A stretch of 64,000 nucleotides of DNA from Turneriella sp. (GTDB lineage: Bacteria > Spirochaetota > Leptospiria > Turneriellales > Turneriellaceae), in NCBI GenBank assembly GCA_965279515.1, contig CBDIID010000003.1, positions 960,001-1,024,000 of the forward strand, in the 5' to 3' direction. Below the pieces are notes generated by a model. The model saw nothing but the letters and a program-made list of their open reading frames with translations, was not told where the DNA came from and did not search any database. Below, piece by piece: positions 48,949-58,626 of this stretch. The number at the start of each line of letters is the position of its first letter. Position 1 is the stretch's first letter. Made by a program: the position numbers and the translations under genes.

Positions 48949-50820
48949 CTATCGCGACAAACCTACCCGGACGCGGTGCACAGTATAGGCAGCTTCGGCC
49001 CATGCGGGTTTAAATGCAATCGCTGTTGGATGCAGGCCCAGCCCGGCGAGATAGTCCCTGACCCGGGTATCGGCGAAAAACTCGGGACTAAAGGCAATTT
49101 CCCCGGCACCGGCAAACTGCTGAATCTTGGCAGCATAGTTGACCGTATTGCCGAAATAATCGATGCCGTTGTTAAGATTCACGGCAAGGCAGGGGCCGGC
49201 ATGGATGCTGATGCGCAGCGAGACGCCGCCGGTTTCTGCACTGCCGTCAAATGCGTTTTGTAATTCAACCGCGGCGCGCGCGCACTGCAATGCATCCGCA
49301 AAAGCGACCATCGCCGCATCGCCGATGGTCTTCACGACGGCGCCGTTAAAGGCGCGCACAATCTCATAGGTTTTCTGGAAGTGTTTGCGCACCGACTGGA
49401 AAGCCTCGCCGTCGCCGCTCTTCAGGTAAAGGCTCGTGGACCCGACGATGTCGGTGAAGAGAATATTCTGGTTGCCGAGCTCAATTTTAAGGCCGTCTGC
49501 CAATGACTGGCCGCCAAAAAGATCGCGGAAAATCTGCGTACTGAAAAGTTCAGCCGGGCGCAGTGCATCGTTATCTTCTTCGCGGCGCTCGATAACAAGG
49601 GTTTCATCCCTGTCATGCGGGTTTTCAAAAACGAGCTGCGGATGTTCTGCAGTCTTGAGTGGGCCCAAATGCCTGCCAATCAAACCACGTACTTCGTTTC
49701 CGGCGCCGACAGATAGCGGTAGATACTTCTTGTTGCCCACGACCCGCGCGCGGTATTCTCCCGGTTCAAGGTCGGTGTCGAGCGTCAGCGTCGCACGCGC
49801 GGCAACGCGGCGCTGGATATAGATATGCCGCTTCGTTGCAGGCTCTGCCGCGCAGTAGAATTTTTTCTCCGCGCGCCTGATCTCCGGATTCACGTGGAAG
49901 ACAACTTCCATGTTGCCGATTTCCTCTGTAGAAAAGGTGATATCGCAGGCATCGCAGCGCTCCTCGCCTGGCACATCGCCTAAGGAATCGACGGTCTTCC
50001 TCACACCCCGGCAATGCGGGCATGTGACATCCCACGAGAGCGAAAGCAGCCCCACACGGCTGGCGTACAACGCCGCAGGGATGACGCGCGTTAAGGCGAC
50101 ACCGAGGCCGCGCGCGACAGGCTTCAGGCGGATGCGCGTCAGCTCTTCGTCCGTCGCCGTGGTAATATAGGCGGCGAGTTTTCCGATATCGGCCGCGTCG
50201 GCGCCAGCGGCCACGGCGCGTTCTGTGAGCGCCGCGATTCGTTGCGCTATTTCGGGGTTCTTCTCAACAGGGGAAGCGGCGGCATAAACAGACCGCTGGC
50301 GCGCTTCAAAATCCTTGCGAATACGGATCGCTTCGCCGATTTTCGCAAGCGCGGCCGCATAACTTTTCTTCAGGCCGGGCATCCCCACCTTCAGTAACAG
50401 GCGGCCCAAAAGACCGCGCGGAACCCAACCAAAATAAACGTAAAAATCCGTGCCAGAACCAGCGGCAGCCGGCTTCAGCAAATAGCGCGAGCGTACGTAT
50501 GTCGCAAAACCGCGTGAATAGATACGCGCGTTGTTGAGCCCGCGGTGGTATTCCCATTCCCAGGGCACCTCTTCCCATTCAGACAATATGCCGGCGTTCT
50601 TCGCACTGCCAAAGAGACGGCCGTTTTTCTCAACATAGGTCATCTGCGGCAGGCCGAGTAGTTTGTTAAAGGTGGATGTATCAATGAGAAACGGCCAGAG
50701 ATCCGGAAGCGATTCTTTCAGCGAAAACTTCCAGAGAAAATCGAGCGGCACTCTGCCGCCGGTTTCGTCGCCGCGCCAGGGATATTCCTTAAGAAATTCT
50801 GCGATTTGCAAATCCGGCAT
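48949..50820 (-). CDS. Class III adenylate/guanylate cyclase with SRPBCC-like and DUF5939-like domains
   Basis: LFTDIVGST, VKTIGDAAM, DYFGNTVNYAA; W.V.CPHC...CDAC central motif. Confidence 0.85.
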   Translation of the reverse strand: MPDLQIAEFLKEYPWRGDETGGRVPLDFLWKFSLKESLPDLWPFLIDTSTFNKLLGLPQMTYVEKNGRLFGSAKNAGILSEWEEVPWEWEYHRGLNNARIYSRGFATYVRSRYLLKPAAAGSGTDFYVYFGWVPRGLLGRLLLKVGMPGLKKSYAAALAKIGEAIRIRKDFEARQRSVYAAASPVEKNPEIAQRIAALTERAVAAGADAADIGKLAAYITTATDEELTRIRLKPVARGLGVALTRVIPAALYASRVGLLSLSWDVTCPHCRGVRKTVDSLGDVPGEERCDACDITFSTEEIGNMEVVFHVNPEIRRAEKKFYCAAEPATKRHIYIQRRVAARATLTLDTDLEPGEYRARVVGNKKYLPLSVGAGNEVRGLIGRHLGPLKTAEHPQLVFENPHDRDETLVIERREEDNDALRPAELFSTQIFRDLFGGQSLADGLKIELGNQNILFTDIVGSTSLYLKSGDGEAFQSVRKHFQKTYEIVRAFNGAVVKTIGDAAMVAFADALQCARAAVELQNAFDGSAETGGVSLRISIHAGPCLAVNLNNGIDYFGNTVNYAAKIQQFAGAGEIAFSPEFFADTRVRDYLAGLGLHPTAIAFKPAWAEAAYTVHRVRVGLSR

Positions 50821-50925
50821 TGGACCAAGATACGTTAATTTGTATCCCCGGTCAATTTATTGGGATTTTAGCCTGCGACAAAAACCGATTCCTCGCTGAC
50901 GCTGAAAATCCAATGCGGTATAAAC

Positions 50926-52395
50926 ATGCAAAACATCCTTAAGACCATGTCCCCTGCCAGCGAAATCGACAAGGCGGATTACAAGGCGCGTGAAGAGAAG
51001 ATTCGCCTGCGCCTGCTCGAGCTGCAAAAGGAACTTGCCGTCTCGAAAAAATCCGTGCTGATCCTGATGAACGGCGTCGAGGGTTCAGGCAAAGGCGAAA
51101 CCACGAAGAAGATACTCGAATGGGTCGACGCGCGCGGCGTCGAAACCACCGCCTTCTGGACTCCCGAAGCCGAAGATGCGGAATACCCGCAGCTTTGGCG
51201 TTTCTGGAACAAGCTGCCGCTGCGCGGGCGTATGGGAATTTTTTTCGGCTCGTGGTACACGCACCCGATCATCGCCCGGGTTTTTCGCCAAATGGACCGC
51301 GCGGGATTTTTACGCAGCCTTGAAGATATCTCGAAACTGGAAAAAATGCTGAGCGCCGAGGGGGTTATCCTCATTAAACTCTGGATGTACCTCTCGCCCG
51401 CCGACCAGAAAGAGCTCTTGCGCGTTGCGAAAAAAAAATCCACGACGCGCTGGCGTATCTCGGCAATCACTAAAAAATTCGCCCGGAAACGCAAACGTTT
51501 CCATAAGATCGATCTCGAAGCACTGACCGCAACGCATACCGCCGCCACGCCCTGGACACTTGTCGATGCGCGTTTTCCGCGCTACCGTGAAATTTTTGTC
51601 GGGGAAACCCTGTTGGCAAAATTCGAGAAAGCGCTCAGCACACCCAACCCCGAATATTCAGGCATCTGGATTCCCGCAAAAAAACCCTGCCTTGCCGCGC
51701 TCGACATGACACTGAAGCTCACTGACGCGGAGTATAAAGAGAAAGCGGAAAAATATTACGCCGAAATCGCACGCCTCACCGACCGCCTTTCAACGACGCA
51801 TAAAAGCGCGCTTTTTCTGTTTGAAGGCCCAGACGCGGCCGGCAAGGGCGGAGCGATCCGGCGCGTGATCTTCGGCATGGACCCGCGCCACTACCGCGTC
51901 AACGCGGTCTCGGCGCCCACCGACGTCGAAAAGGGGCATCCCTACCTCTGGCGGTTCTGGCAAAAAGTGCCGCCCGCAGGCAGGGTTACAATCTTCGACC
52001 GCTCGTGGTATGGCCGCGTACTCGTCGAGCGCATCGAAAAATTCTGCACCGAGGCTGAATGGCAGCGCGCCTTTGGCGAAATCAATGATTTTGAGAAAGC
52101 CCTCTATGATTCAGATACGGTCATCCGGAAATTTTATCTTTCAACTTCTTCCGAAGAGCAGCTCAACCGGTTCCGCGATCGCAAGGTAACACCGTACAAA
52201 CAATACAAACTGACCGAAGAAGACTGGCGCAACCGCGACAAGTGGGATGCCTACCAGGGCGCAGCGGATGATATGTTTGAGAATACATCGACCATGTTTG
52301 CACCGTGGGTTGTCGTTGAAGCCAACGACAAGAACTATGCCCGCCTTAAGGTACTGAAAAATGTGGTAGAAGCATTGGAAGAGGCGGTCGGTTAA
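50926..52395 (+). CDS. Polyphosphate:AMP phosphotransferase (two-domain PPK2)
   Basis: Two P-loops GVEGSGKG and EGPDAAGKG; LWRFW twice; FDRSWY; EEDWRNR. Confidence 0.9.
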   Translation: MQNILKTMSPASEIDKADYKAREEKIRLRLLELQKELAVSKKSVLILMNGVEGSGKGETTKKILEWVDARGVETTAFWTPEAEDAEYPQLWRFWNKLPLRGRMGIFFGSWYTHPIIARVFRQMDRAGFLRSLEDISKLEKMLSAEGVILIKLWMYLSPADQKELLRVAKKKSTTRWRISAITKKFARKRKRFHKIDLEALTATHTAATPWTLVDARFPRYREIFVGETLLAKFEKALSTPNPEYSGIWIPAKKPCLAALDMTLKLTDAEYKEKAEKYYAEIARLTDRLSTTHKSALFLFEGPDAAGKGGAIRRVIFGMDPRHYRVNAVSAPTDVEKGHPYLWRFWQKVPPAGRVTIFDRSWYGRVLVERIEKFCTEAEWQRAFGEINDFEKALYDSDTVIRKFYLSTSSEEQLNRFRDRKVTPYKQYKLTEEDWRNRDKWDAYQGAADDMFENTSTMFAPWVVVEANDKNYARLKVLKNVVEALEEAVG

Positions 52396-52464
52396 TTTTC
52401 ACTCGGTTCGCCTACGCTCACCGAGCGAAAATCAATCGGTCACTGAGCGGAGCCGAAGTGACGA
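52395..52464. repeat. Inverted pair of REP-like hairpins between convergent genes
   Basis: CTCGGT-[TCGCCTACGCTC]-ACCGAG and GTCACT-[GAGCGGAGCCGA]-AGTGAC; the loops are 10/12 reverse-complementary. Confidence 0.7.
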
Positions 52465-52467
52465 CGA

Positions 52468-53463
52468 TTAACCGACTAAGGCCGCGAGGTCGATCACGCG
52501 GGTGGAGTAACCCCACTCGTTATCATACCAGGTCAGCACGCGCACCATGTTGTCCTGGATCACCGCGGTCATTTGACCGTCGACAATAGACGACAGGGGA
52601 TTACCTTTAAAGTCATTGGAAACCAGCGGCAGGTCGGTGTAGCCGAGAATACCTTTGAGGGGACCTTCTGCCGCAGCTTTGAGCGCAGCGTTTACAGCCT
52701 CTTTTGTCGTATTCTTTTCCGTTTCGACGGTCAGGTCAACGACCGAAACGTCGGGGGTCGGCACACGGATCGAGATACCGTCGAGCTTGCCCTTGAGTTC
52801 AGGAATCACGAGCGAGAGCGCTTTTGCCGCGCCTGTCGAAGTCGGAATCATATTGAGAGCCGCAGCGCGTGCACGGCGGAGATCCTTATGGGGAAGATCC
52901 AGAATCTGCTGGTCGTTCGTATAGCTGTGAATCGTCGTCATCAGACCTTTTTTGATACCGAAATTTTCGAGGAGCACCTTGGCCACCGGCGCAAGGCAGT
53001 TGGTCGTGCATGAAGCGTTGGAGATGACCTTGTGCTTGGCTTTGTCGAAATTCTTTTCGTTCACACCGATGACGAATGTGCCGTCTTCGTTCGTTGCCGG
53101 CGCTGAGATAATAACCAATTTCGCACCACCCTTGTCGATGTGCGTCTTCGCCTGTGTGGCGTCGGTAAACCGGCCCGTCGATTCAATGACGATGTCACAG
53201 CCGAAAGACCCCCACTTTTGTTCGTCGAGCTTCGCGATGGCCGTCGCGTGGATTTTTTTGCCGTCGATGATGATGTGTTCTTTGTCGCTGGAAACTTCGT
53301 GGTTCCAGACGCCGAATACACTGTCGTATTTCAGCAGGTGGGCAAGGGTGCCGGTGTCTGTAAGGTCGTTCACCGCGACAATTTCTACGTCTTTGCGGCC
53401 CCAGGCGGCGCGGAATGCGTTGCGGCCGATGCGGCCAAAACCGTTAATACCAATTTTTACCAT
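52468..53463 (-). CDS. gap: Type I glyceraldehyde-3-phosphate dehydrogenase
   Basis: GINGFGRIGR, SNASCTTNCLAP, WYDNEWGYS. Confidence 0.98.
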   Translation of the reverse strand: MVKIGINGFGRIGRNAFRAAWGRKDVEIVAVNDLTDTGTLAHLLKYDSVFGVWNHEVSSDKEHIIIDGKKIHATAIAKLDEQKWGSFGCDIVIESTGRFTDATQAKTHIDKGGAKLVIISAPATNEDGTFVIGVNEKNFDKAKHKVISNASCTTNCLAPVAKVLLENFGIKKGLMTTIHSYTNDQQILDLPHKDLRRARAAALNMIPTSTGAAKALSLVIPELKGKLDGISIRVPTPDVSVVDLTVETEKNTTKEAVNAALKAAAEGPLKGILGYTDLPLVSNDFKGNPLSSIVDGQMTAVIQDNMVRVLTWYDNEWGYSTRVIDLAALVG

Positions 53464-53507
53464 AGGTTTGACTATAAATCAAAAACGCGCTGTCGAGGAG
53501 AAATGGC

Positions 53508-54281
53508 TCACCATTCGCCGAATCTGCCCCGGATGGTAATACCATCGGTGGCCTTGGTGCGTCGCTCTTTTCGCATCACCTGCTCTACATAGGTGAGCGA
53601 CATACCGTACTTTTTGGCGAGCTGTTTCGCGGTCGCGCCTTTGTTATATTCCACCGCGACTTTGCGCACAAGCTTGTCGGAGTACTTGGCGCGGGCATGG
53701 TTTTCACCGGATTTCATTTCCTGTGGCATGCCACGCATCTCAATGTGCCGCGGGTTGACGCACATTCCGTTGCCGCAGAGGTTAAAGGGCTTTGAACGGA
53801 AATTACGCCGCTTTCCGTTGGGGGGATTTTCCACGACATACTTACGGGCATCGACCACCAACCGGTGGCCGTGGATGGCGTTGACGGTGGTGAGCGCGGG
53901 CGCCCCGCCCTTGGTAGCCCCCTGCCAGTCGTGGCAGGCCGTCTTGACACCCGGTCGCACACGGCTGCCGACCTTCACGAACATATCAAAAACCGTATGC
54001 GCCCGTAACTTTGCCGGCCGCGGCATGCCGATTTCTTTTTGCAAAATGCGGTCCGCAATCTCGAGCAGAGTCAGCTTATCGGTCTTGTACTTTCCGGGGG
54101 CTTTGCGGATTAACTTCTGCATCAGCTCAATATTCACCCGCTGCAGACCTGGCTTCAGCGTATACGGTGAAGAATCGGAGCGGAAAAAACGCCTGTTTTT
54201 TTTCACAAATTTGCGGCTAACAATGCGTTTCTTCGCTGCCGGGGCACCTGTGCGCCTGGGCGCTGCTGGACGAATTCTCAT
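53508..54281 (-). CDS. Basic protein with degenerate HNH/His-Me finger zinc module and C-terminal HTH
   Basis: CHDWQG...NLCGNGMCVNPRHI; GENHARAKYS...AKQLAKKYGMSLTYVEQV. Confidence 0.65.
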   Translation of the reverse strand: MRIRPAAPRRTGAPAAKKRIVSRKFVKKNRRFFRSDSSPYTLKPGLQRVNIELMQKLIRKAPGKYKTDKLTLLEIADRILQKEIGMPRPAKLRAHTVFDMFVKVGSRVRPGVKTACHDWQGATKGGAPALTTVNAIHGHRLVVDARKYVVENPPNGKRRNFRSKPFNLCGNGMCVNPRHIEMRGMPQEMKSGENHARAKYSDKLVRKVAVEYNKGATAKQLAKKYGMSLTYVEQVMRKERRTKATDGITIRGRFGEW

Positions 54282-54291
54282 GGCTTAAAGA

Positions 54292-56169
54292 CTAATACAT
54301 GCTCTCGATAAGTTTTGCATACTTATCGGCGATCACATTGCGCTTCATCTTAAAGAGGTTCGTAATTTCGTCGCCCACTTCCATGGCCTTAGGGAGAAAA
54401 CGGAAATCAGAAACGCGCTCAAAACCTTTGAAGCCGTTTTCGGACGAAACCTGTTTCTTAACGATACGGTTGAAGTGATCGACGAGTTCTTTGTTTTTAT
54501 TGAGATCTGATTTCGGGTCGGCAGTGATCGAAGCGATCTCTTTGACCTTTTCGAGATTCGGCCAGATAAGCGCAGTGAGCGTTTTTTTATCCTGGCCCAC
54601 GACAATCACCTGGTTGATCTGCGCATCTTCGAGCAGCTTGTTTTCGATCGGCACCGGCTCGACGTTTTCACCGCCGAGAAGCACAATGGTATCTTTCGCG
54701 CGACCACGGATAGAGAGCGTGTTGTTGTAGCTGAAAAAACCCAGGTCGCCGGTATTCAACCAGCCGTCGACGTTGATTGTCTTCGCGGTCGCCTCTTCGT
54801 TCTTATAATATCCCTTCATCACCTGCGGACCGCGCACATGGATCACACCGATCTGGCCGGTTTTCACCCGTTCGCCCTTATCGTTGAGGATCGCCACTTC
54901 AGTGCCATTCGGCACGAAACCGACGCTGCCTTGCACGATCTTGCCTTCTGTGCGCACGGAAATGATCGGCGCGCACTCGGTCATACCATAACCTTCATAG
55001 ACAGGAATCCCAATCACATTAAAAAACTCATCGACGTGTGCCGGCAGGGCGCCGCCGCCGGAGATACTGCCGCGGAAACGGCCACCCATCGCCTCGCGGA
55101 TCTTACCGAATACCACGCTGTCAGCAACACGCGATGGCAGGTAGAGGTTAGCCGCCACAAACGCGGAGCTCAAAGTCTTCGTCATGCGCTCGAAGTCAGA
55201 CTCAGGCTGCATCGCCAGTTCGTTGCCGGCGAGGTAATCCACGGCTTTTTTATATGCCTTGTTGATCGTATAGGCCGCTTCAAAGAGCATCTTGCGCGCC
55301 GGCTCTGATTTTTCAATGCGCTGCTGAATACCCTGGTAAAGGCTTTCCCACAGGCGGGGTGCAGAGGGCATGAAGGTCGGTTTTACCTTGGCAAAATCAT
55401 CGCGCACATCGCGCACGTTGGTATAATAAATCGGGATGCCCTTCGCAATGGCGCCGTAATCTACCGCACGCTCAAAAATATGCCATACTGGAAGCAGCGA
55501 TAACATGCTATCATCGGGGCGCAGGCCGATCGCTTTGGGCACTTCGTTAATGTTATAGACCATGTTGCCGTGTGACAGCATCACACCTTTGGGCATACCC
55601 GTTGTGCCCGAGGTATAGATGATCGTGAAGAGATCGTCGGGCTTGACCGACGCGCTGCGCTTTTTGAGGTCTGCGAGCTTTTTGTCGCGCAGCGACGCTC
55701 CCTGATCGAGCAGTTGCTGCAGGGGCAGAATCTTATCGGTCGCTCCCTTAAATTTCGGATCGAGAACGATGATGGTTTCTACACCCGTATCGGCGATCAC
55801 CGACTGGAGTTTTTTCAGCGTCGCATCGTTTTCGACGATGCAGATCTTACAATCAGCATGCGACATAATATATTTGATCTCATCGGTCGTCACATCTGTG
55901 CCGCGCGGAACATTGGCAGCGCCGGCTAAAAGACAGGCCATGTCAGCAGTAATCCATTCAACGCGGTTATCGGCGAGTTGACCGATACGGTCGCCGTTTT
56001 TGACGCCCATTTCTATCAGGGCGATCGCCGTATTCTCGGCGTTACGCAGTGCATCGCCGTAGGTCGTACCGACAAAATCCTTTTTGTCGTTCTTGCTATA
56101 GAACATCTTCTTGCTCCCGTACATTTCGCCGGCCTGATAGAAGATTTCGTTAATGGTGTTGTAAGACAT
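54292..56169 (-). CDS. Long-chain fatty acid-CoA ligase
   Basis: IIYTSGTTGMPKGVML, EGYGMTE, GWLNTGDLG, GRAKD..GENVEP. Confidence 0.92.
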   Translation of the reverse strand: MSYNTINEIFYQAGEMYGSKKMFYSKNDKKDFVGTTYGDALRNAENTAIALIEMGVKNGDRIGQLADNRVEWITADMACLLAGAANVPRGTDVTTDEIKYIMSHADCKICIVENDATLKKLQSVIADTGVETIIVLDPKFKGATDKILPLQQLLDQGASLRDKKLADLKKRSASVKPDDLFTIIYTSGTTGMPKGVMLSHGNMVYNINEVPKAIGLRPDDSMLSLLPVWHIFERAVDYGAIAKGIPIYYTNVRDVRDDFAKVKPTFMPSAPRLWESLYQGIQQRIEKSEPARKMLFEAAYTINKAYKKAVDYLAGNELAMQPESDFERMTKTLSSAFVAANLYLPSRVADSVVFGKIREAMGGRFRGSISGGGALPAHVDEFFNVIGIPVYEGYGMTECAPIISVRTEGKIVQGSVGFVPNGTEVAILNDKGERVKTGQIGVIHVRGPQVMKGYYKNEEATAKTINVDGWLNTGDLGFFSYNNTLSIRGRAKDTIVLLGGENVEPVPIENKLLEDAQINQVIVVGQDKKTLTALIWPNLEKVKEIASITADPKSDLNKNKELVDHFNRIVKKQVSSENGFKGFERVSDFRFLPKAMEVGDEITNLFKMKRNVIADKYAKLIESMY

Positions 56170-56191
56170 GCGGGATGTATGTGGTTTAAAA

Positions 56192-56218
56192 CGCCGCGGT
56201 CAAGCAATGTTCGCGGCG
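56192..56218 (-). terminator. Possible intrinsic terminator of the upstream minus-strand gene
   Basis: CGCCGCG-13nt-CGCGGCG stem followed by TTTT on the minus strand; long loop lowers confidence. Confidence 0.35.
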
Positions 56219-56232
56219 GGTTTGTTTTTTTC

Positions 56233-56850
56233 TTACCGGCTTTTTTGGCTTTCAGTCTTTTGTATTACCTTCACGCCACCAGTCCTCTGAATAATCACCT
56301 CGGTCGGGTATGCGCCGTTGGGCATAAATCCGCGCACAAAACGCAAAACCAAACCCTGGCTCTCATTCCTGAGCGTAGGCGCCTCCAGGTGCGACAGATT
56401 CATGACCACAGCCTCGAACTGCGCATAGTCGAGCACGCGCATGAAGTCGTCTACGTCGGGCTCCGCTTTGAGCCAGCCCTGCGCGCGGACGAAATCCGCA
56501 AAATCACGCTCGCCGTGAATGCCATAGCTTATCGCCGTCTTATCGACAACCGCGCTCATCACCCCCGTGCCCGGATAAGCACCGGGAAAATATGCACGCA
56601 CGAGCAGCGTCTGGAAGGGGCCTTCGCGCACCTCGGATTTGATTTCACCTTTATACTTGGCGGCAACCTCTTGCTCGAGGCGTTTCTGCAATTTTTCCGC
56701 CGCCCACATCTGTTCTTTAGTGATTTCCGGGCCCGGGCGCACTTTACCCATGAGCGGTGGCGGTTTCATATGCACCGGCGGTTTCTGCGCACGCAGGGAG
56801 AAAAACAAGACCCCGCCGATCAGCAATATCGTTTTACGCATAGCAGGCAA
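56233..56850 (-). CDS. Hypothetical exported protein
   Basis: Signal MRKTILLIGGVLFFSLRA; Pro-rich N-terminus. Confidence 0.6.
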   Translation of the reverse strand: MPAMRKTILLIGGVLFFSLRAQKPPVHMKPPPLMGKVRPGPEITKEQMWAAEKLQKRLEQEVAAKYKGEIKSEVREGPFQTLLVRAYFPGAYPGTGVMSAVVDKTAISYGIHGERDFADFVRAQGWLKAEPDVDDFMRVLDYAQFEAVVMNLSHLEAPTLRNESQGLVLRFVRGFMPNGAYPTEVIIQRTGGVKVIQKTESQKSR

Positions 56851-56879
56851 TTAACACCGTGCGCCGAGAGCCGTTGTAA

Positions 56880-57365
56880 ATGGAAAAATCCTCACTACCC
56901 TACAGGCCGAATGTCGGCATCGTTGTTTTTAACAGCGAGGGATTAACCCTTTTGGGTGAACGCCTCGATCACCTGGGAGCCTGGCAATACCCGCAGGGCG
57001 GCGTCGACCCGGGTGAGGATTTCCCGACCGCGGCAAAACGCGAGCTCGCTGAAGAGACCGGCATTACAGACGCAGAGTTTATTTTTGAAACGACGGATTT
57101 TCTCTACTACGACTTTCCCGCAAGCCTCACGATACCGCGCATGACCGACCGTTACCGCGGGCAAAAACAGAAATGGTATCTCGCCTGGTGGGATTTCCCC
57201 GTCGAGCGAGCCAACCTCAAAACGCATACGCAGGAATTCGGCCGCGTCATGTTCATGCCGATGGCAGAGGCGACGAACCAGATTGTGCCTTTTAAACGCG
57301 ATATCTATGCCGAACTCGAGCGCCAGTTTCTGCCACGCATGCATGATTTTATCCGTTCGCGTTAA
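56880..57365 (+). CDS. rppH: RNA pyrophosphohydrolase (Nudix)
   Basis: YRPNVGI, WQYPQGGVD.GE....AKRELAEETG, YRGQKQKWY, VPFKRDIY. Confidence 0.92.
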   Translation: MEKSSLPYRPNVGIVVFNSEGLTLLGERLDHLGAWQYPQGGVDPGEDFPTAAKRELAEETGITDAEFIFETTDFLYYDFPASLTIPRMTDRYRGQKQKWYLAWWDFPVERANLKTHTQEFGRVMFMPMAEATNQIVPFKRDIYAELERQFLPRMHDFIRSR

Positions 57366-57624
57366 ACCCGGCTCCAAAAAACCGGGGATAATAATCGCCG
57401 CAGACGGTGTCGTCGTTGTGAAAGTTGCGGCGCGGCCTGTGGAGGGCAAGGCGAACGCTGCGGTGATTCAGGCGCTCGCTGAGATGATTAAGATTGCACC
57501 TTCACAGATAAAACTCGTGGGCGGTGACAAAAGTAAAACGAAACGGTTTGAGATTCCCGACGCCCACCTTTCTGCGGCGATTAATTTTTCAGAGCTAGTT
57601 CGCTCTTACTCAGGCGCGAGCTGA
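57343..57624 (+). CDS. DUF167/YggU-family protein
   Basis: MILSVRVKPGSK, ARPVEGKANAA, GDKSKTK; start at ATG 57343. Confidence 0.85.
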   Translation: MILSVRVKPGSKKPGIIIAADGVVVVKVAARPVEGKANAAVIQALAEMIKIAPSQIKLVGGDKSKTKRFEIPDAHLSAAINFSELVRSYSGAS

Positions 57625-58096
57625 CTTTGTGCAGTGTACGGTAGAGCGCGTGCATCTCGTCGCCACCGAGCACTTCACTGACCTGTTGCTGCGCTTCAGT
57701 CCAGAGCGGAAAAGCCTTATCGAGCACCGTTCTGCCCTTTTTAGTCAGCTGCAATAATCTCTGGCGCTTGTCCTCCCCTGCAGTAAGTTCAATCAGCTTG
57801 TCGCGCAAGAGCGGCTTCATATTTTTCGTCAGCGTCGTGCGGTCCATCACGAGAAATTGCGCCAGCGCACTCATGCTGTGTTTGGGATAATAAGCCAGGG
57901 CTATCAGGACAGAAAACTGCGTTGAGGTAATGCCAGTCGAAGCGAGATTGCGGTCATAAATCGCCGTCACCGCGCGCGCGGCCTTGCGCAGGTTAAAATT
58001 GATGCAAGAAAGCCCCGCACGCTTTAAGTCACCCCGTTCCACGGTATATCCTTCCCCGGGCGATGGCGGCGTAAAGCGTGATAGGGTTTGCGTCAT
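57581..58096 (-). CDS. MarR-family transcriptional regulator
   Basis: CINFNLRKAARAVTAIYD, MDRTTLTKN, DKRQRLLQLT..G. Confidence 0.92.
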   Translation of the reverse strand: MTQTLSRFTPPSPGEGYTVERGDLKRAGLSCINFNLRKAARAVTAIYDRNLASTGITSTQFSVLIALAYYPKHSMSALAQFLVMDRTTLTKNMKPLLRDKLIELTAGEDKRQRLLQLTKKGRTVLDKAFPLWTEAQQQVSEVLGGDEMHALYRTLHKVSSRLSKSELALKN

Positions 58097-58611
58097 ACAG
58101 CCAGAACTTCCTCCCGCTTGCGGAATTGTTTCTGCAGAGCGCGTACACGCAGCGTAAAATCCTCACTCGCCCACTCGAAATTGGGAATAACCAGGGACTT
58201 CAGGAATCCATCCAATTCGGGGTCATGCTTCACAGGCCGCCCTTTCGCGACGTTGACGTAGACAAATTCAACCCAGGCGATCGCGTGGATTTTCAGTCCG
58301 TCGCTGCTCAGCATCACCGCCTCGGGGACGATGCGGAAATTGTCGGCGTGGAGTAACCGTGTCTGTATGCGCACCGTTTCGTTATAACGCGCAGGCATCA
58401 GGTAGCTGATATGGGTCGTGCCGACGACCCAGCCGTTTCCGGTTTTCGTGGTATGCTCATAGATGTCAAAACCGTAGGCCTGTTTCAGTTGCTGCGTGCG
58501 CGCGTTCATGATATAGTTCAGGTATTTTACGTTATTCAGGTGACCGAACGGGTCACAGTCCTGGAAGTCGATCCAGGCTGTGGATTCGGGCTCTAAGTTC
58601 AGTTTAGTCAT
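58093..58611 (-). CDS. Acyl-CoA thioesterase (4HBT/YbgC hotdog family)
   Basis: FQDCDPFGHLNNVKY, ISYLMPA. Confidence 0.88.
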   Translation of the reverse strand: MTKLNLEPESTAWIDFQDCDPFGHLNNVKYLNYIMNARTQQLKQAYGFDIYEHTTKTGNGWVVGTTHISYLMPARYNETVRIQTRLLHADNFRIVPEAVMLSSDGLKIHAIAWVEFVYVNVAKGRPVKHDPELDGFLKSLVIPNFEWASEDFTLRVRALQKQFRKREEVLAV

Positions 58612-58626
58612 TCATCCTCCCGCACA

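Noticed and set aside
53593..54288. 231-aa plus-strand ORF opposite the HNH-like gene
   Set aside because: The minus-strand frame has the recognisable motifs and fits the operon orientation
55978..56946. 322-aa plus-strand ORF
   Set aside because: Antisense shadow across the ligase and the 56233-56850 gene; no recognisable motifs
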